Shown here piece by piece: positions 42,948-54,267 of a stretch of 64,000 nt of DNA (its first letter is position 1; each line of letters opens with the position of its first letter). The position numbers and the translations under genes are program-made. The stretch is from an uncultured Acidobacteriota bacterium (GTDB lineage Bacteria > Acidobacteriota > Blastocatellia > RBC074). The notes beneath the pieces were generated by a model. The model saw only the letters and a program-made list of their open reading frames with translations, searched no databases and was not told where the DNA came from. The stretch spans positions 288,001 to 352,000 of the forward strand of contig CAWCKY010000001.1 in assembly GCA_963796275.1 (NCBI GenBank). The letters are read 5' to 3'.

Positions 42948-45179
42948 TTATTTTCGCCTCTTTCCCTTTCTCTCTTGCGTTTTCATCTCGCGCATCAACG
43001 ATTCGACGCGAGTAATTTCTTCAGCTGTCAAAGATTCCCTGCCGAACCTTATGCGCGTATAGAGGCGGGTGATCTCGGTAACACCCGGCATCGCCAGGCG
43101 AGCGGCAAATTCCTGTGGGGTCTGATACGGTTCGCGTTTAACCCCCCGGCGTTCGAGAGTTCGCAGCATCTCCTGATAGAACGCCACCGCCGAAACGGTT
43201 GCGTCTGTCCCGATCTTTCGCCGCCATGATGAGCGATGTTTATGCCAGGCGACAGCCATAGCTAACAGCGCAACCAGAGAGAGTACTAATAGAGCCAGCG
43301 GATGTACGAGGAAACGCCTGGATATATCGGATTCCGGTCCGGCCGCAGGCATTCCACCGTCGACAGTTTTGTTATCTACCCAATCGAAGTCTATCTTCCG
43401 GGCCAGGTCATAAGCCCAATCGAGCCAGCGCGACGAGGCGTTGCGCTGGTACGACCACAACCAGCGCTGCAGGGCGATGGCGATTGAGAGTTGTTTTCCG
43501 GTGTCGAAGCCGACGACGTGCTCGAGCCAGAACATTTCAAAACTCTCTCCGTAATTGCGAAACCATGCCATTACGCCATCATCGTACACGCTGCGCCCGG
43601 CCGGCGGCGTCGGGTCGAATGCGACCCAGCCATTTTTCGGAAAAAATACTTCAACCCATGAATGGGCATCGGATTGGCGTACCGTGTAAAAATCCGACGA
43701 ATCGTTATACTCGCCCATTTGAAAGCCGTTGACCAACCGCGCGGGCACGCGGCGCGAACGGAGCATCAAGACCATCGCCGAAGCAAAGTACTCACAATGG
43801 CCGGCTCGGTAATTGAACAGGAAATCAGCCACCGGATCGCCATCTTCGACACGCCGCAGGTCTAACGTATAACTGTATTCCGTGCGCAAATGCTCTTCAA
43901 TGCGGCGCGCGATTTCGAACTGAGTAGTAGCACCGCGGGTAATTTCCACGGCAAGATCGTCAATTCTTCGATCGAAATCCAGGGGTAGCTGCAGGTATCG
44001 CCGCCTGACATCGATCGGATAGACCCGCGTATTATCGGCAGCGAGGTCTTCGCTGGCAGGCGCTCTGGTGTCGGAGGCCACGTAATAGTCGATCTTGTTA
44101 AAAGGATGTGATTCGGTCCAGAGTCCATCGCCGCTATCGCGCGCGAGTTCCGGCAATCCCGTTAAATATAGCGGACGAGGCGCGACAAAAATCGTATTGA
44201 TGCTGAGCGGCTCGACATAGAAACGCTGATAGGTGTACCCGGCCGCTGCTGGTCTCTCGTCGACCCGGAAACTTTCGGCCACCTTTTTAAGCGGTTCCGG
44301 GCCAGCTCCCGATTCGCTCCACGTTCGCCCGTCATAGTAATCCAGCGTGACACCTCGCCACATGAGAGAAGTTTTTCTCTCATCCCTCGGGAATTTAACG
44401 CGAACCCTCATCACCACTTGAGGGTTGAGCTTGATCTCCCCCACCTCGCCTAAGCGAACTATGTCGGAGAATCCTGAAAGCTTCTCCGTCGCCAGCAGCC
44501 CGTTGCGCGAAAAGCCACGCGTCAACCTCGGCATGGCGAGAAAAACAGGGACCGACAGTAGCAAAATCAGAACGAGTACGCCCGCCGAAAAGTACGATAA
44601 TGTGCGCCAGCGCGGGGTGATCGGGTGCAACTGCGCTTTTTCGTCCTCACCGAAGAATTGAATTTCCGGGGATTGGGTCGACCCATTCCATGAAGCCAGA
44701 TTCGCTTCAAATACCTCCTTCGAACGGCGAATTTCATTAGTGACGAAAGTCGATATGGCTGCGAAAAGATAGAGGACCAACAGCAGGAGGAAGGTAGTAC
44801 TGATTATCATCCCGGCTGCCATCAGGACCTGGCAGAAAGATACGATATAGAGCCAGAGCCAGTCACGGTTTGTCTTTTTGCGCAACAGCTTGAGCGATGA
44901 AGCGAAGAATATGAATTGAATGATCAGAGTGACGGGAGATATACCCAAGATTTGCCACTCGATTATTGCGAAAGGCAGATAACCGGGCAACATCCAGTTG
45001 GCTATCTTCGACGAAATAGACCATTGCAATTTGTCCGTATCGATGAGCCACCCCGCGGCCAGCACCCCTAAAAACAGCAGGCTGATGAGGACGTGAATCT
45101 GTCCGGTCGCCGCGAGCATCACGAAACTCATCGTGAAGAGCGCGTAAGATGAAGCGGTAAAGTAACGATTGAAACTCAT
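42948..45179 (-). CDS. DUF3488 + transglutaminase membrane protein (TgpA-like)
   Basis: N-terminal TMs; GHCEYFAS, PARLVNGF, DAHSWVE, FDPTP. Confidence 0.93.
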   Translation of the reverse strand: MSFNRYFTASSYALFTMSFVMLAATGQIHVLISLLFLGVLAAGWLIDTDKLQWSISSKIANWMLPGYLPFAIIEWQILGISPVTLIIQFIFFASSLKLLRKKTNRDWLWLYIVSFCQVLMAAGMIISTTFLLLLVLYLFAAISTFVTNEIRRSKEVFEANLASWNGSTQSPEIQFFGEDEKAQLHPITPRWRTLSYFSAGVLVLILLLSVPVFLAMPRLTRGFSRNGLLATEKLSGFSDIVRLGEVGEIKLNPQVVMRVRVKFPRDERKTSLMWRGVTLDYYDGRTWSESGAGPEPLKKVAESFRVDERPAAAGYTYQRFYVEPLSINTIFVAPRPLYLTGLPELARDSGDGLWTESHPFNKIDYYVASDTRAPASEDLAADNTRVYPIDVRRRYLQLPLDFDRRIDDLAVEITRGATTQFEIARRIEEHLRTEYSYTLDLRRVEDGDPVADFLFNYRAGHCEYFASAMVLMLRSRRVPARLVNGFQMGEYNDSSDFYTVRQSDAHSWVEVFFPKNGWVAFDPTPPAGRSVYDDGVMAWFRNYGESFEMFWLEHVVGFDTGKQLSIAIALQRWLWSYQRNASSRWLDWAYDLARKIDFDWVDNKTVDGGMPAAGPESDISRRFLVHPLALLVLSLVALLAMAVAWHKHRSSWRRKIGTDATVSAVAFYQEMLRTLERRGVKREPYQTPQEFAARLAMPGVTEITRLYTRIRFGRESLTAEEITRVESLMREMKTQERKGKRRK

Positions 45180-46496
45180 CTACAGTTCTTCGAAGCTGAT
45201 AATATGCGCAGCCTGATGAAACTGAGCCATCTGCGTATTGGAGAGAGACGACCCGATCAGAACCCGCAACTGCTCCTCTGCCTGTGTAAACCGGAAAAGC
45301 ATATTATCCGGCATCTCTCTCAAACCGGTATCGATTAACTCGGGTGCAAGCGGCGCTAGTTGCCGCAGAAGCGTAAAACAATGGGTCCGCCCGATTCCGA
45401 ACCCCGAATCAAGATCGCCTGTCAGCAAACGCACTTCGGCGCCTTCATTAATAAAGTAATTGATCAAGCTGACGGCGAGCGTAATTCCCCGCTCGAACTT
45501 ATCGGTGAAATCCGGAAGCTCGGTGAATTCCTGGTCGACCTGGGAGTCGAAGGCGATCGTCACACGCCAATCGTCATCGCGCGTGAATTCACGCACCATC
45601 AGGCGAGCAGTCTTGGCAGTCGCCTTCCAATTGATGTGGTGATGATGATCGCTCGAAAAATATTGCCTGATGGCGTAAAGGTCGCTCCCGCTCCCTTTCA
45701 AACGGCTCTCGACGCGCCCTTGATTGACGGGTATATGCTGGAAGAAATCATCGAGCGGTTGCGGTTGCGGGTAGATCGCGATCTCCCTGGGCGCCTCGAT
45801 GAACCGGCGCTGCTCGATAAAACCGAAAGGGAACTTGGTGCCGATCAGGAATCCGCCTACCGGATAAACGCCGCGTTTAGCGAAGCCGCGTTCGATCCGC
45901 ATGCGGGCCTGCGATCCGGCTGGTACGATGGGGAAATAGGCGAGTTCCGTCAAATCACGTGCGGGACGCGAACGCTGTTCGGAAATCGCCACCGCCAGCG
46001 AGAAAGCCGGAAATAGCCGCCTGCGATTGATGACCGTCACGTCGAAGGGGACAGCGTCGTCGACGAAGTTATGGTCGGGAAATCTCAAGTACACATTGAG
46101 GCGTCCCAGGCAAAGGCGCGAGGCAAGCCAGGAGACGAACAAGGTCGCCAGCAGCACGGCAAGAACGAGGTAGAGCAGGTTATTCCCACTGCTGAAAGCC
46201 AGGATCGTCACGGTCAGGATGACTGCGCAAAAGACCAGACCGGCATTTGGTATATGTATCGAATAGTCTGAACGAAGATATTCGAGGCGTACGCCCCGGG
46301 CGAGACGCGGCACGACATAACCTACAATGATCAAGGCCAGCCCGAGCGCGGCTTTCGATCCGATCGAGGCCAGTTCGTGTTTGCCGATCTGCGTCGCCGC
46401 CGCTGATATCATGGCAGCCCCGATCGCCGCCACTGTGAGCAGAGCCGATATCAGAACAAATCGGAGCGACTTCTTTTGTTGGAGTAAGCGAAACAT
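45180..46496 (-). CDS. DUF58 domain protein
   Basis: SGNNLLYL, FPFGF, IRQY...HHINWKATAK..LMVREF; start uncertain. Confidence 0.9.
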   Translation of the reverse strand: MFRLLQQKKSLRFVLISALLTVAAIGAAMISAAATQIGKHELASIGSKAALGLALIIVGYVVPRLARGVRLEYLRSDYSIHIPNAGLVFCAVILTVTILAFSSGNNLLYLVLAVLLATLFVSWLASRLCLGRLNVYLRFPDHNFVDDAVPFDVTVINRRRLFPAFSLAVAISEQRSRPARDLTELAYFPIVPAGSQARMRIERGFAKRGVYPVGGFLIGTKFPFGFIEQRRFIEAPREIAIYPQPQPLDDFFQHIPVNQGRVESRLKGSGSDLYAIRQYFSSDHHHHINWKATAKTARLMVREFTRDDDWRVTIAFDSQVDQEFTELPDFTDKFERGITLAVSLINYFINEGAEVRLLTGDLDSGFGIGRTHCFTLLRQLAPLAPELIDTGLREMPDNMLFRFTQAEEQLRVLIGSSLSNTQMAQFHQAAHIISFEEL

Positions 46497-46498
46497 CT

Positions 46499-46573
46499 GA
46501 TTGCGGATTGCGTTTGCGGATTGCGATATATAAAAGGTATTTCCTCTTAAATCCGCCTTCCTCAATCCGCAAT
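46499..46573. repeat. Heptamer (GCGGATT)n inverted repeat
   Basis: gattgcggattgcgtttgcggattgcg...aatccgccttcctcaatccgcaatc. Confidence 0.6.
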
Positions 46574-47520
46574 CAAAGAGGTACTTTCACACCTCTGATG
46601 ATCTCCGCGAGCACCGTATCGGCATCTTCGCCTCCTCGCAGACGATTGGAATAACGGGAATTGATAACAATGCGATGACCGAAAATCGGGATAATCAGGC
46701 GTTTGATGTCGTCCGCGATGCAATACGCGCGGTCTTCCGTAAAAGCCAAAGCCTGCGCCGCGCGATAGAGTGCGAGCGATGCGCGCGGACTGACGCCCAG
46801 ATCGAGCATTTCGGAATTGCGCGTCACCGTCACGATCTCCATCAGGTAATCGAGCAGGACATCATCCACCCGCACATTCTTCACCTCTTCCTGCAGATCC
46901 AATATGTCATCGCCGCTCATCAGCGGAGTGATCTGCTCCAACGGATGATGGCGCGCCTGTTGCCGCAATATCTCTTTCTCTTCTGCGGGGGACGGATACC
47001 CCATCCGGACGCGCATCAGGAACCGGTCCAGCTGCGATTCGGGCAGTGGATATGTTCCGTGATGTTCGATCGGGTTCTGCGTGGCGAGCACCAGGAACGG
47101 ACGCGGAAGCTCGTAAGTCTGGTTTTCAACCGTCACGTGGCCTTCTGCCATCGCCTCGAGCAGACTGCTCTGCGTCTTCGGCGTAGTACGGTTTATCTCA
47201 TCAGCCAGGATGACGTTTGCGAAGATCGGACCTGACTTGAATTCGAACTCCGTGCTGTGCTGGTTGAAAACCGATACGCCGACGATATCGGATGGTAAAA
47301 GATCGCTCGTGAATTGAATACGCTGAAAGCTGGAGTCGAGACAGCGCGCGATAGTATGCGCGAGAGTGGTTTTACCAACTCCCGGAACATCTTCGACCAG
47401 GAGATGCCCACCGGCCAGCAGCGTCACGATGGCCAGGTGAATGGCCTCCGTCTTACCGCGTATGACGGTTTCGATTGTCTGTTGAAGTTCGCGAAGGCGG
47501 TGAGTGGTGCTGGTTATCAA
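46573..47520 (-). CDS. moxR: MoxR-family AAA+ ATPase
   Basis: HLLVEDVPGVGKT, RIQFTSDLLPSD, ADEINR, ATQNP, LPESQLDRF. Confidence 0.95.
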   Translation of the reverse strand: MITSTTHRLRELQQTIETVIRGKTEAIHLAIVTLLAGGHLLVEDVPGVGKTTLAHTIARCLDSSFQRIQFTSDLLPSDIVGVSVFNQHSTEFEFKSGPIFANVILADEINRTTPKTQSSLLEAMAEGHVTVENQTYELPRPFLVLATQNPIEHHGTYPLPESQLDRFLMRVRMGYPSPAEEKEILRQQARHHPLEQITPLMSGDDILDLQEEVKNVRVDDVLLDYLMEIVTVTRNSEMLDLGVSPRASLALYRAAQALAFTEDRAYCIADDIKRLIIPIFGHRIVINSRYSNRLRGGEDADTVLAEIIRGVKVPL

Positions 47521-47637
47521 GCTTCCCCTCTCTTCATCTCGAGATTCTTCGTCATTTGAAAGCTGGAGCTATCAAACAACCCCACGAATTTAGCATATGG
47601 CTGCGGTCGTGGACAAAAGGCAAGCACCGGTGAATAT

Positions 47638-49506
47638 CTACCACCCGATAGCATAGCGGCCGCGCCGCACATCGGCGCCCCCCTGAATCACTTTATTTCG
47701 GGGATCGTAAATGACGATCGTCGGTGCCGCGCTCGTACCGAAATCACCTCGGAGATCGATCTTATGGCCGCGCGATTTCAATTCCTCTATCACCGTCTGC
47801 TTTATGCGCATTTCCACCTGCAGCGCCCCTGGATTGAATTTGTGATCGTCAAAAGAACTGACGAGATGTGAGGTTTCAAAACGCGGCGCTTCGACCGCCT
47901 CCTGCGGATTCATTCCGAATTCAATGACGTTGAGCAATACCTGGAGCAGAGCCTGCTCCTGATTATCTCCTCCGGGACTCGAGAGCGCGGCGAATGGCTT
48001 CCCATCCTTCATCACCAGTGTCGGCGTGAGCGTTATGCGCGGACGCTTGCCCGGTTTGAGCTCGTTGGGATGACCGGGCGTCAATAGAAAGCTTTGCATA
48101 CGCGACGAGATCGGGATGCCGGTATCGCCGGCGATGAATGAAGGCAACCACGCTCCGCTCGGAGTAGCGGAAAAAAGGTTCCCCTGCGCATCGATGACAT
48201 TGACGCACGTCGTATCGTGGGCTCGCTCGGCCTCAGGTATCTCCGACGGTCCCGTTTCGGCCATACCGATCATCTTCGTCAATGATTTTTTATTGACCGG
48301 GTCACCGGGACGCTGCTCCAGAGAGGCAGCTTTGGGATCGATCAAACCGCGCCGCATCTCGGTATAGTCTTCTGATAACAACTCAGTCCCCGGCACTTTC
48401 ACGAAACGCGGATCGCCGTAGTACCGATCACGATCGGCAAACGCGAGCTTCATCGCTTCTGCTACCGTATGCAAATAGTCCGTCGTATTGTGTTGCATCG
48501 CTTTCAGGTCGTAACCTTCAAGCAGGTTGAGCATCTGGAGCAGCGCCGGCCCCTGGCTCCAAAAACCGACTTTATATATCTCGTAATTGCGATAGTTGAC
48601 CTTGAGCGGTTGCTCTATCTCCGCGCGAAAAGAAGCGAGGTCGCTCGCTCTCATCAATCCGCCGGCCTGTTCGATGGCAGCACAATATCTTTTTGCGATA
48701 GGCCCGCGATAGAAATAGTCGCGCACAGCCTCGAGCGATGCACGGCGCCCGCGGCTGAGATTCTTTTTTTCGACCCCGACCAGCTCGCGCAACGTTTTGG
48801 CCAGGTCTTTCTGCACGAAGATATCGCCGATCTTAGGCTCCTCGCCGTTGGGTAAAAAAACCGCGCGCGATGATGGCCATTGCTCATAGACTTTGCGCGT
48901 GTTGCGAATGTAATTCACACGCAACTCGTCAATGGGAAAAGCGTCGGCCAATTCGATGGCGGGCTGTAAAACATCGGCGAGCTTCATAGTGCCGAAATTT
49001 TCAAGTGCAACAATCATGGCATCCAGCACTCCCGGCACGGTAGCCGCAAGCGGGCCGGTCGAGGGAATCGCACCGGGCGCGTTGTTATTGCGCCCAGATC
49101 CATCTTCTCTGTTTACCAAGTTGGCCGCACGGTCTTCAAAGAACCCCCTCGTCGCCAGCGCGGGCGCCGTCCCCTGCCCGTTGATCGTGATGACAGGTTT
49201 ATTGACGGGCTTGATGATTACCGGCACCTCACCACCGAAACCGAAATGTGAGAATTCAATCACGGATCCCGCAAAGACCGCAGCCACCCCCGCATCAACC
49301 GCGTTGCCGCCGCGATGCAGCATCCGCAATCCCGCTTCGGCCACGAGGGGATGACCCCCGGCTACAACCCCTCTGGAACCGCGTACTACTGGCCTGAATG
49401 TATCAGTTCGCAAAGGAGCCTGACCGAACGCTGCGCAAACCAATGAAAATATCATAAGAAATATTACCCCCTGCGGGCTCCGGATATAACCGTATTTCTT
49501 AACCAT
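47638..49506 (-). CDS. ggt: Gamma-glutamyltransferase
   Basis: GGNAVDA, DTT nucleophile site, PGKRPRITL, SPGGDNQ, GADVRR. Confidence 0.93.
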   Translation of the reverse strand: MVKKYGYIRSPQGVIFLMIFSLVCAAFGQAPLRTDTFRPVVRGSRGVVAGGHPLVAEAGLRMLHRGGNAVDAGVAAVFAGSVIEFSHFGFGGEVPVIIKPVNKPVITINGQGTAPALATRGFFEDRAANLVNREDGSGRNNNAPGAIPSTGPLAATVPGVLDAMIVALENFGTMKLADVLQPAIELADAFPIDELRVNYIRNTRKVYEQWPSSRAVFLPNGEEPKIGDIFVQKDLAKTLRELVGVEKKNLSRGRRASLEAVRDYFYRGPIAKRYCAAIEQAGGLMRASDLASFRAEIEQPLKVNYRNYEIYKVGFWSQGPALLQMLNLLEGYDLKAMQHNTTDYLHTVAEAMKLAFADRDRYYGDPRFVKVPGTELLSEDYTEMRRGLIDPKAASLEQRPGDPVNKKSLTKMIGMAETGPSEIPEAERAHDTTCVNVIDAQGNLFSATPSGAWLPSFIAGDTGIPISSRMQSFLLTPGHPNELKPGKRPRITLTPTLVMKDGKPFAALSSPGGDNQEQALLQVLLNVIEFGMNPQEAVEAPRFETSHLVSSFDDHKFNPGALQVEMRIKQTVIEELKSRGHKIDLRGDFGTSAAPTIVIYDPRNKVIQGGADVRRGRYAIGW

Positions 49507-49789
49507 ATTGTTTCCTCGTGTCCCTATGCTTTAGTTTCTGTGGCTGGCCTTTTTCTCATTAGCGCCTTGCCCAGTACACATTCCGGTAAAGGCCTCAATA
49601 TTAATTTAATTGCGTTTTTGAAATTTCGCTCCTTTACCTTCTATCAAATCTGTGGGTACGCGGCAATCTCAAATCACAAAAGTCAAATCTTAGATTTGAA
49701 ATTTGTCCGAACTTACAAATTTGTGATAAATTTTATGGGAATGATTTCTAAGTCCAAAATGAAATTTTGCAGGAGGTAGAGAAGAGGCT

Positions 49790-50077
49790 ATGCCTATTTA
49801 CGAGTATGTTTGTGAGAAGTGCAGTCACCATCTGGAAATTCTGCAGAAGATGAGCGACAAGCCTTTGACCAAATGCCCGGAGTGCAAGGGCAGACTCGAA
49901 AAGATATTTTCGCAGACCAGTTTTCAGCTCAAAGGTTCCGGCTGGTATGCAACCGACTATACGAGCAAGTCTAAAACCGAAAAAGGGGACAAAGTCGAAA
50001 AAGGGGAAAAGAAAGAAACCTCAACGACATGCGCTACGACCGGTGGCGCCTGCGCTACCGGCAATTGCGATAATTAG
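49790..50077 (+). CDS. FmdB-family zinc-ribbon protein
   Basis: MPIYEYVCEKC...CPEC...LKGSGWYATDY. Confidence 0.92.
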   Translation: MPIYEYVCEKCSHHLEILQKMSDKPLTKCPECKGRLEKIFSQTSFQLKGSGWYATDYTSKSKTEKGDKVEKGEKKETSTTCATTGGACATGNCDN

Positions 50078-50095
50078 ATTACTGGGAGCTGAACA

Positions 50096-51076
50096 ATGAA
50101 GCGGTCAAGTGATTCATCAGCGAACGGCGCAACCATGATGAGAACTATGGCATTCGCGCTTCTTCTCTGCGTCGTTACTGCAATTACGCTCGCTCAATCC
50201 GGACGCAAGTCGACTACGGGCCGGCGCACACTTGCTGTCCCGGTCATCGCACAACGCGTCGATGATCCGAACAAGCCGAAGCCGCTTCTTTCGCGCGCTA
50301 AACAGGGCGAAGAAGAAGAAAATGCCATTCCGAAGAGCGCGCTCGAGCTATTCGACGGCGGCGTTCTGCAAAAGATCGAAGCATTCGTGCAAGACCCTAC
50401 GCCCGCGCGCATCGTCGTCCTCTTAGACAATTCATCTACGCTACTGACCGAAGTTAAAAAACTGGCATCGGTGCCTGCCGCGTTTGCGCCGGAGATTTAC
50501 GAAGGCGACAAGGTGATGGTCATTGGATACGATCTGAAACCCGAAATCATCACCGATTTCACCGATGACCCCAAACTTTTACAGAACACGCTCGGCTTGC
50601 TTCGCAAAACCGATACGCCGCGGCTTTTCGACGCCTTAAACGTCGTCGTCGAGGATGTAATGAGACCCGAAGTGGGTTTTTCGAAGCGGGTGATCGTGAT
50701 AGCTGGGGACGGGGTCGACCGCGACAGCAAGATTAAATTCGACGAAATTCTCGCCAAGCTTCAGAACGAAAACATTACCGTATATGCCATCAAAGTGCGT
50801 GATCGCACGCGCGGCGCATTGCGCAGAGACTCGCCAAAACCTGCCGATGTCCTGGAAAAGTTGACCACCGGGACCGGCGGCAACATCTATTCTATCGATG
50901 GGGAAATCAAACAGTCTGTCAAAGAGATATGCGACGAACTACGCAAGGATCGCTATCAGCTTACCTACTTTCCAGAGGGCATAAATCCCGTCAATAAACG
51001 TCTTCTGCTGATCTCTTCCTCGTATCCGACTATCACTTTGCGCTATAAAGGCTGGCATCCCCCACAGCAGCAATAA
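50096..51076 (+). CDS. VWA-domain protein (Acidobacterial VWFA-related), secreted
   Basis: Signal peptide ending AQSGR; LLDNSST, LFDAL, KRVIVIAGDG, TGG. Confidence 0.8.
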   Translation: MKRSSDSSANGATMMRTMAFALLLCVVTAITLAQSGRKSTTGRRTLAVPVIAQRVDDPNKPKPLLSRAKQGEEEENAIPKSALELFDGGVLQKIEAFVQDPTPARIVVLLDNSSTLLTEVKKLASVPAAFAPEIYEGDKVMVIGYDLKPEIITDFTDDPKLLQNTLGLLRKTDTPRLFDALNVVVEDVMRPEVGFSKRVIVIAGDGVDRDSKIKFDEILAKLQNENITVYAIKVRDRTRGALRRDSPKPADVLEKLTTGTGGNIYSIDGEIKQSVKEICDELRKDRYQLTYFPEGINPVNKRLLLISSSYPTITLRYKGWHPPQQQ

Positions 51077-51306
51077 CCGCACAATTCGAACCAACCGAAG
51101 CAACTGAAACAAAAAATGTTCCCGTTATTTGATTCGTACTTATCCAGTTCGTCTCGCGTGCCGATTTTCTGCCTCACTATTCCTGATTATTCAATCAACA
51201 TAAGTGCGCGACGGCGTCTATCGGAAATCGTGAGAATGTTATCATCGGCGTAATAAGCATCGGGGCCCTCTGGAGCGGCTCCGATGCGATTGATAACAAT
51301 AATATT

Positions 51307-51564
51307 TTAATTCTCGCGCGATTCAATTAATTCAACTCGAAAATCCTCGATCACCGGGTTCGAGAGCACCTCATGGGCGAATTTTTCGATCTGTGCGCGG
51401 GCATGCGCCGCATCCAGAGAGCTATCGAGCTTGATCTCAAAATATTTACCTTGCCGGACGTCGGCTATGCCCTGATAACCTATGGTGGTGGCTGCATGAT
51501 GAATCGCTTTGCCCTGCGGATCGAGAACTCCGTTTTTCAGTGTCACATAAACTTTAGCTATCAT
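51307..51564 (-). CDS. purS: FGAM synthase subunit PurS
   Basis: LKNGVLDPQGKAI, VRQGKYFE, LSNPVIEDF. Confidence 0.95.
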   Translation of the reverse strand: MIAKVYVTLKNGVLDPQGKAIHHAATTIGYQGIADVRQGKYFEIKLDSSLDAAHARAQIEKFAHEVLSNPVIEDFRVELIESREN

Positions 51565-51566
51565 CG

Positions 51567-52865
51567 TTATCTCTTCTTACCTCCAAAGACGCGCTCAAAA
51601 ATTCGATCGACATTCTTCAATCTTATTTCAAATCCCCTGGCAATTTGTTCCGGATTGAGCGTCCGTGAAATATCGGGGTCAGCGCTGACCAGCTCTTTAA
51701 AATCCAGCCCCTCGTCCCACGCCCTGATCGCGTTACGTTGCACCCAGCCGTATGCCTCTTCCCGCGCGACACCGGCTGCTGAGAGCTCGAGCAAAAGCTG
51801 CCCCGAAAAGACCAGCCCGCGCGTAGCGTTAAGGTTCTCCAGCATCCGCCAGGCATCGATGACGAGCGTATCGATTAGCGAAGCGGTCTTCGCCAGCATG
51901 TAATCGACGGCAATACAGGCGTCCGGCAGAATCACACGCTCCGCCGATGAGTGCGAGATATCCCGCTCGTGCCAGAGGGCATTATTTTCGAGCGCCGTCA
52001 CGGCATATCCGCGGACGATGCGCGCCATCCCGCAGATGCGCTCGGAGAGTATCGGATTGCGTTTGTGCGGCATCGCCGATGAGCCCTTCTGGCCAGGCTT
52101 GAAGTACTCCTGCGCTTCGCGAACTTCAGTACGCTGCCAGTGACGCACCTGGAGGGCGAATTTTTCCAGGGTCGAGGCGATGATCGCCAGCGTGCAGACA
52201 AATTCGGAGTAGCGATCGCGCTGGATGATCTGCGTCGAAATGCTGGCCGGACGTAAACCCAACAGGAAGCAAACGCGCTCCTCGATCTCGGGATCGAGAT
52301 TCGCGAAGGTGCCGACGGCGCCGGAAATTTTGCCATAGCTGATCCCGGCCCGCGCGCGCGTCATCCGGTCGATATTCCGGCGGTTCTCTTCGAACCAGAG
52401 GGCGAAGGTCAGTCCTAAAGTAGTGGGCTCCGCATGGACCCCGTGCGTGCGACCGATCATCGGCGTGTCTTTAAATGCGAGGGCGCGGCGTTTGAGCACA
52501 TCGCTCAAAGCCTGGAGCCTGGAAATAAGCAGATCTCCAGATTCGCGCATCAGGAGGGCATTAGCGGTGTCGACGACGTCTGATGAGGTCAGCCCATAAT
52601 GCACCCAGCGCGCGTCCGGTCCGATATTTTCGGCGAGGTTGGTGGTAAAAGCTATTACATCATGATCGAGAGTCTTTTCGAGCTCGTGGATGCGTGCGAC
52701 TGAAAAGGCGGCCTTCTGGCGAATAATCTCGACGGACTGCATCGGTATCGCCCCCGCCTCCGCATTGGCCTGGCAGGCGGCGATTTCTACATCGAGCCAT
52801 TTGCGGAACTTGTTCTCTTCCGTCCAGATCGCGCCCATCTCGGGCAAGGTATATCGATTTATCAT
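51567..52865 (-). CDS. purB: Adenylosuccinate lyase
   Basis: HYGLTSSD, GRTHGVHAEP, GSSAMPHKRNP, WHERDISHSS. Confidence 0.97.
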   Translation of the reverse strand: MINRYTLPEMGAIWTEENKFRKWLDVEIAACQANAEAGAIPMQSVEIIRQKAAFSVARIHELEKTLDHDVIAFTTNLAENIGPDARWVHYGLTSSDVVDTANALLMRESGDLLISRLQALSDVLKRRALAFKDTPMIGRTHGVHAEPTTLGLTFALWFEENRRNIDRMTRARAGISYGKISGAVGTFANLDPEIEERVCFLLGLRPASISTQIIQRDRYSEFVCTLAIIASTLEKFALQVRHWQRTEVREAQEYFKPGQKGSSAMPHKRNPILSERICGMARIVRGYAVTALENNALWHERDISHSSAERVILPDACIAVDYMLAKTASLIDTLVIDAWRMLENLNATRGLVFSGQLLLELSAAGVAREEAYGWVQRNAIRAWDEGLDFKELVSADPDISRTLNPEQIARGFEIRLKNVDRIFERVFGGKKR

Positions 52866-53080
52866 TTTTTAGCATAGAACGAAAAACAGATCACGCTCAA
52901 TGCAGCGGCGGCAATCGGGATCAACCATGGGACCGTATCCGTTTCTGAGATGTCCGAAAATAAAAGCACCGCCGTCCACGACGCTGCGGCGACTGCCAGC
53001 CCGATGGCGGCGCGTTTATATATGCGAGTCGGATTCTCTCGATCTTCACTCATCGGAAAAATTCGGTACTGCTGGGTCAA
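52862..53080 (-). CDS. Small 2-TM membrane protein
   Basis: Two hydrophobic helices; start and stop each overlap the neighbouring gene by 4 nt (ATGA). Confidence 0.6.
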   Translation of the reverse strand: MTQQYRIFPMSEDRENPTRIYKRAAIGLAVAAASWTAVLLFSDISETDTVPWLIPIAAAALSVICFSFYAKK

Positions 53081-54267
53081 TCTCTTCCCTCGTTGCCAAC
53101 ATAATAAGTGGTGCGCGAGTGTACGCTCAAACCCTGGCGCGCCGGGATGACTTGAATCGTCCGGGTGTCATCTAAGGCCGATGATTTAGGGTCGATCAAG
53201 AACGACATGCTGTACTGCGCCCCGATCTCGCTCACGAGCATTTTCGGAGAAGACGTCAGTTCGTGATGGTTCGGAGGAAGCCACAATTCTCCACCGCTCG
53301 ACTGCGCGAGTTCCCGCAACTCGACCGATGCATTCGCTAGCAATTGCAGGTAAATCGAAAGCTCAGCGAGCCTCTTGCGCTGGGTGCCGACGATCTGGAT
53401 CCCCGGTTTAGCCTCACCCCTATATTTTGCGAGCTGTTGAGAGACCTGATCCTGCAGAGCCCGCGCCCAGCCGATAACAAAAACAGTCGCCTGCACCTTT
53501 TTAACAGCTGTCAAGGCTTCCGCGAGCGACGTTTCGCTCGCACTGTCTATTCCGTCGCTCACGAGCACTATGATCCGCCGGCCGGTGGATCGTTCGCGCA
53601 GTTTTTCGGCGGCCAGCAAAAGGGCATCGTGATAGTGCGAGCTCAATCCGATGCGATATTTCGAGCGGAGCGCGCCAAGCGCCTGTTCGCGGTTGTTGGT
53701 CCAGTTCTGAATCAACTGGACCCGATCGGAATATTGAATGATCGAGATGTGATCCTGAGCAGAAAGGCGCGAGACGAAGTTGTCGGCGAATTCGCGGGGC
53801 GCCGGCCGCGCAACAATATCGTGCGTGCCGACCCATACCGGCTTCTCTCTGTCCGGCTTATTTTCTCCCTCGGGCGGGCCGAAGTAATGGGAAGGTCCAT
53901 TTTTGAATGTACCGAATTCATTGCAGAGATCTAGAACGAGCACGATGCTCGCCGGCTCGCGCTTGATACTGGTAACAACCCGCGGTTCGTTCTCTTCCAG
54001 CACAAGCACGTCTCGCGGCTGTAGATCATCGACGAATTTTCCCTCGGCGTCGTATGCGCTCAGTGGGATCACGACTTCGCGTGTATCGAGCCTGATGACC
54101 GGTTTCTCGTCCGGCCTTTGCCCCGGTTGCCCCTTCTGCTCCGATTGCTTATCCGGCGAACCCTGACCTTGAGATTTACGGCCGGACTGAGCGAACGCAA
54201 CCAGGCTCAGCGAGATCGTGATCGCTATGACAAAAAACAATATCGGCTTTTTGTAATTTCCTTTCAT
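53077..54267 (-). CDS. VWA-domain protein (Acidobacterial VWFA-related), secreted
   Basis: Signal peptide ending AQSGR; [30 protein letters not shown]. Confidence 0.82.
   Translation of the reverse strand: MKGNYKKPILFFVIAITISLSLVAFAQSGRKSQGQGSPDKQSEQKGQPGQRPDEKPVIRLDTREVVIPLSAYDAEGKFVDDLQPRDVLVLEENEPRVVTSIKREPASIVLVLDLCNEFGTFKNGPSHYFGPPEGENKPDREKPVWVGTHDIVARPAPREFADNFVSRLSAQDHISIIQYSDRVQLIQNWTNNREQALGALRSKYRIGLSSHYHDALLLAAEKLRERSTGRRIIVLVSDGIDSASETSLAEALTAVKKVQATVFVIGWARALQDQVSQQLAKYRGEAKPGIQIVGTQRKRLAELSIYLQLLANASVELRELAQSSGGELWLPPNHHELTSSPKMLVSEIGAQYSMSFLIDPKSSALDDTRTIQVIPARQGLSVHSRTTYYVGNEGRD

Noticed and set aside
42575-43229. Plus-strand ORFs 42575-43015 and 42879-43229
   Set aside because: No motifs; they overlap the tgpA 3' end and the structured RNA candidate.
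42948-47520. moxR-DUF58-transglutaminase operon as a novel system
   Set aside because: A well-known, widespread gene triad.
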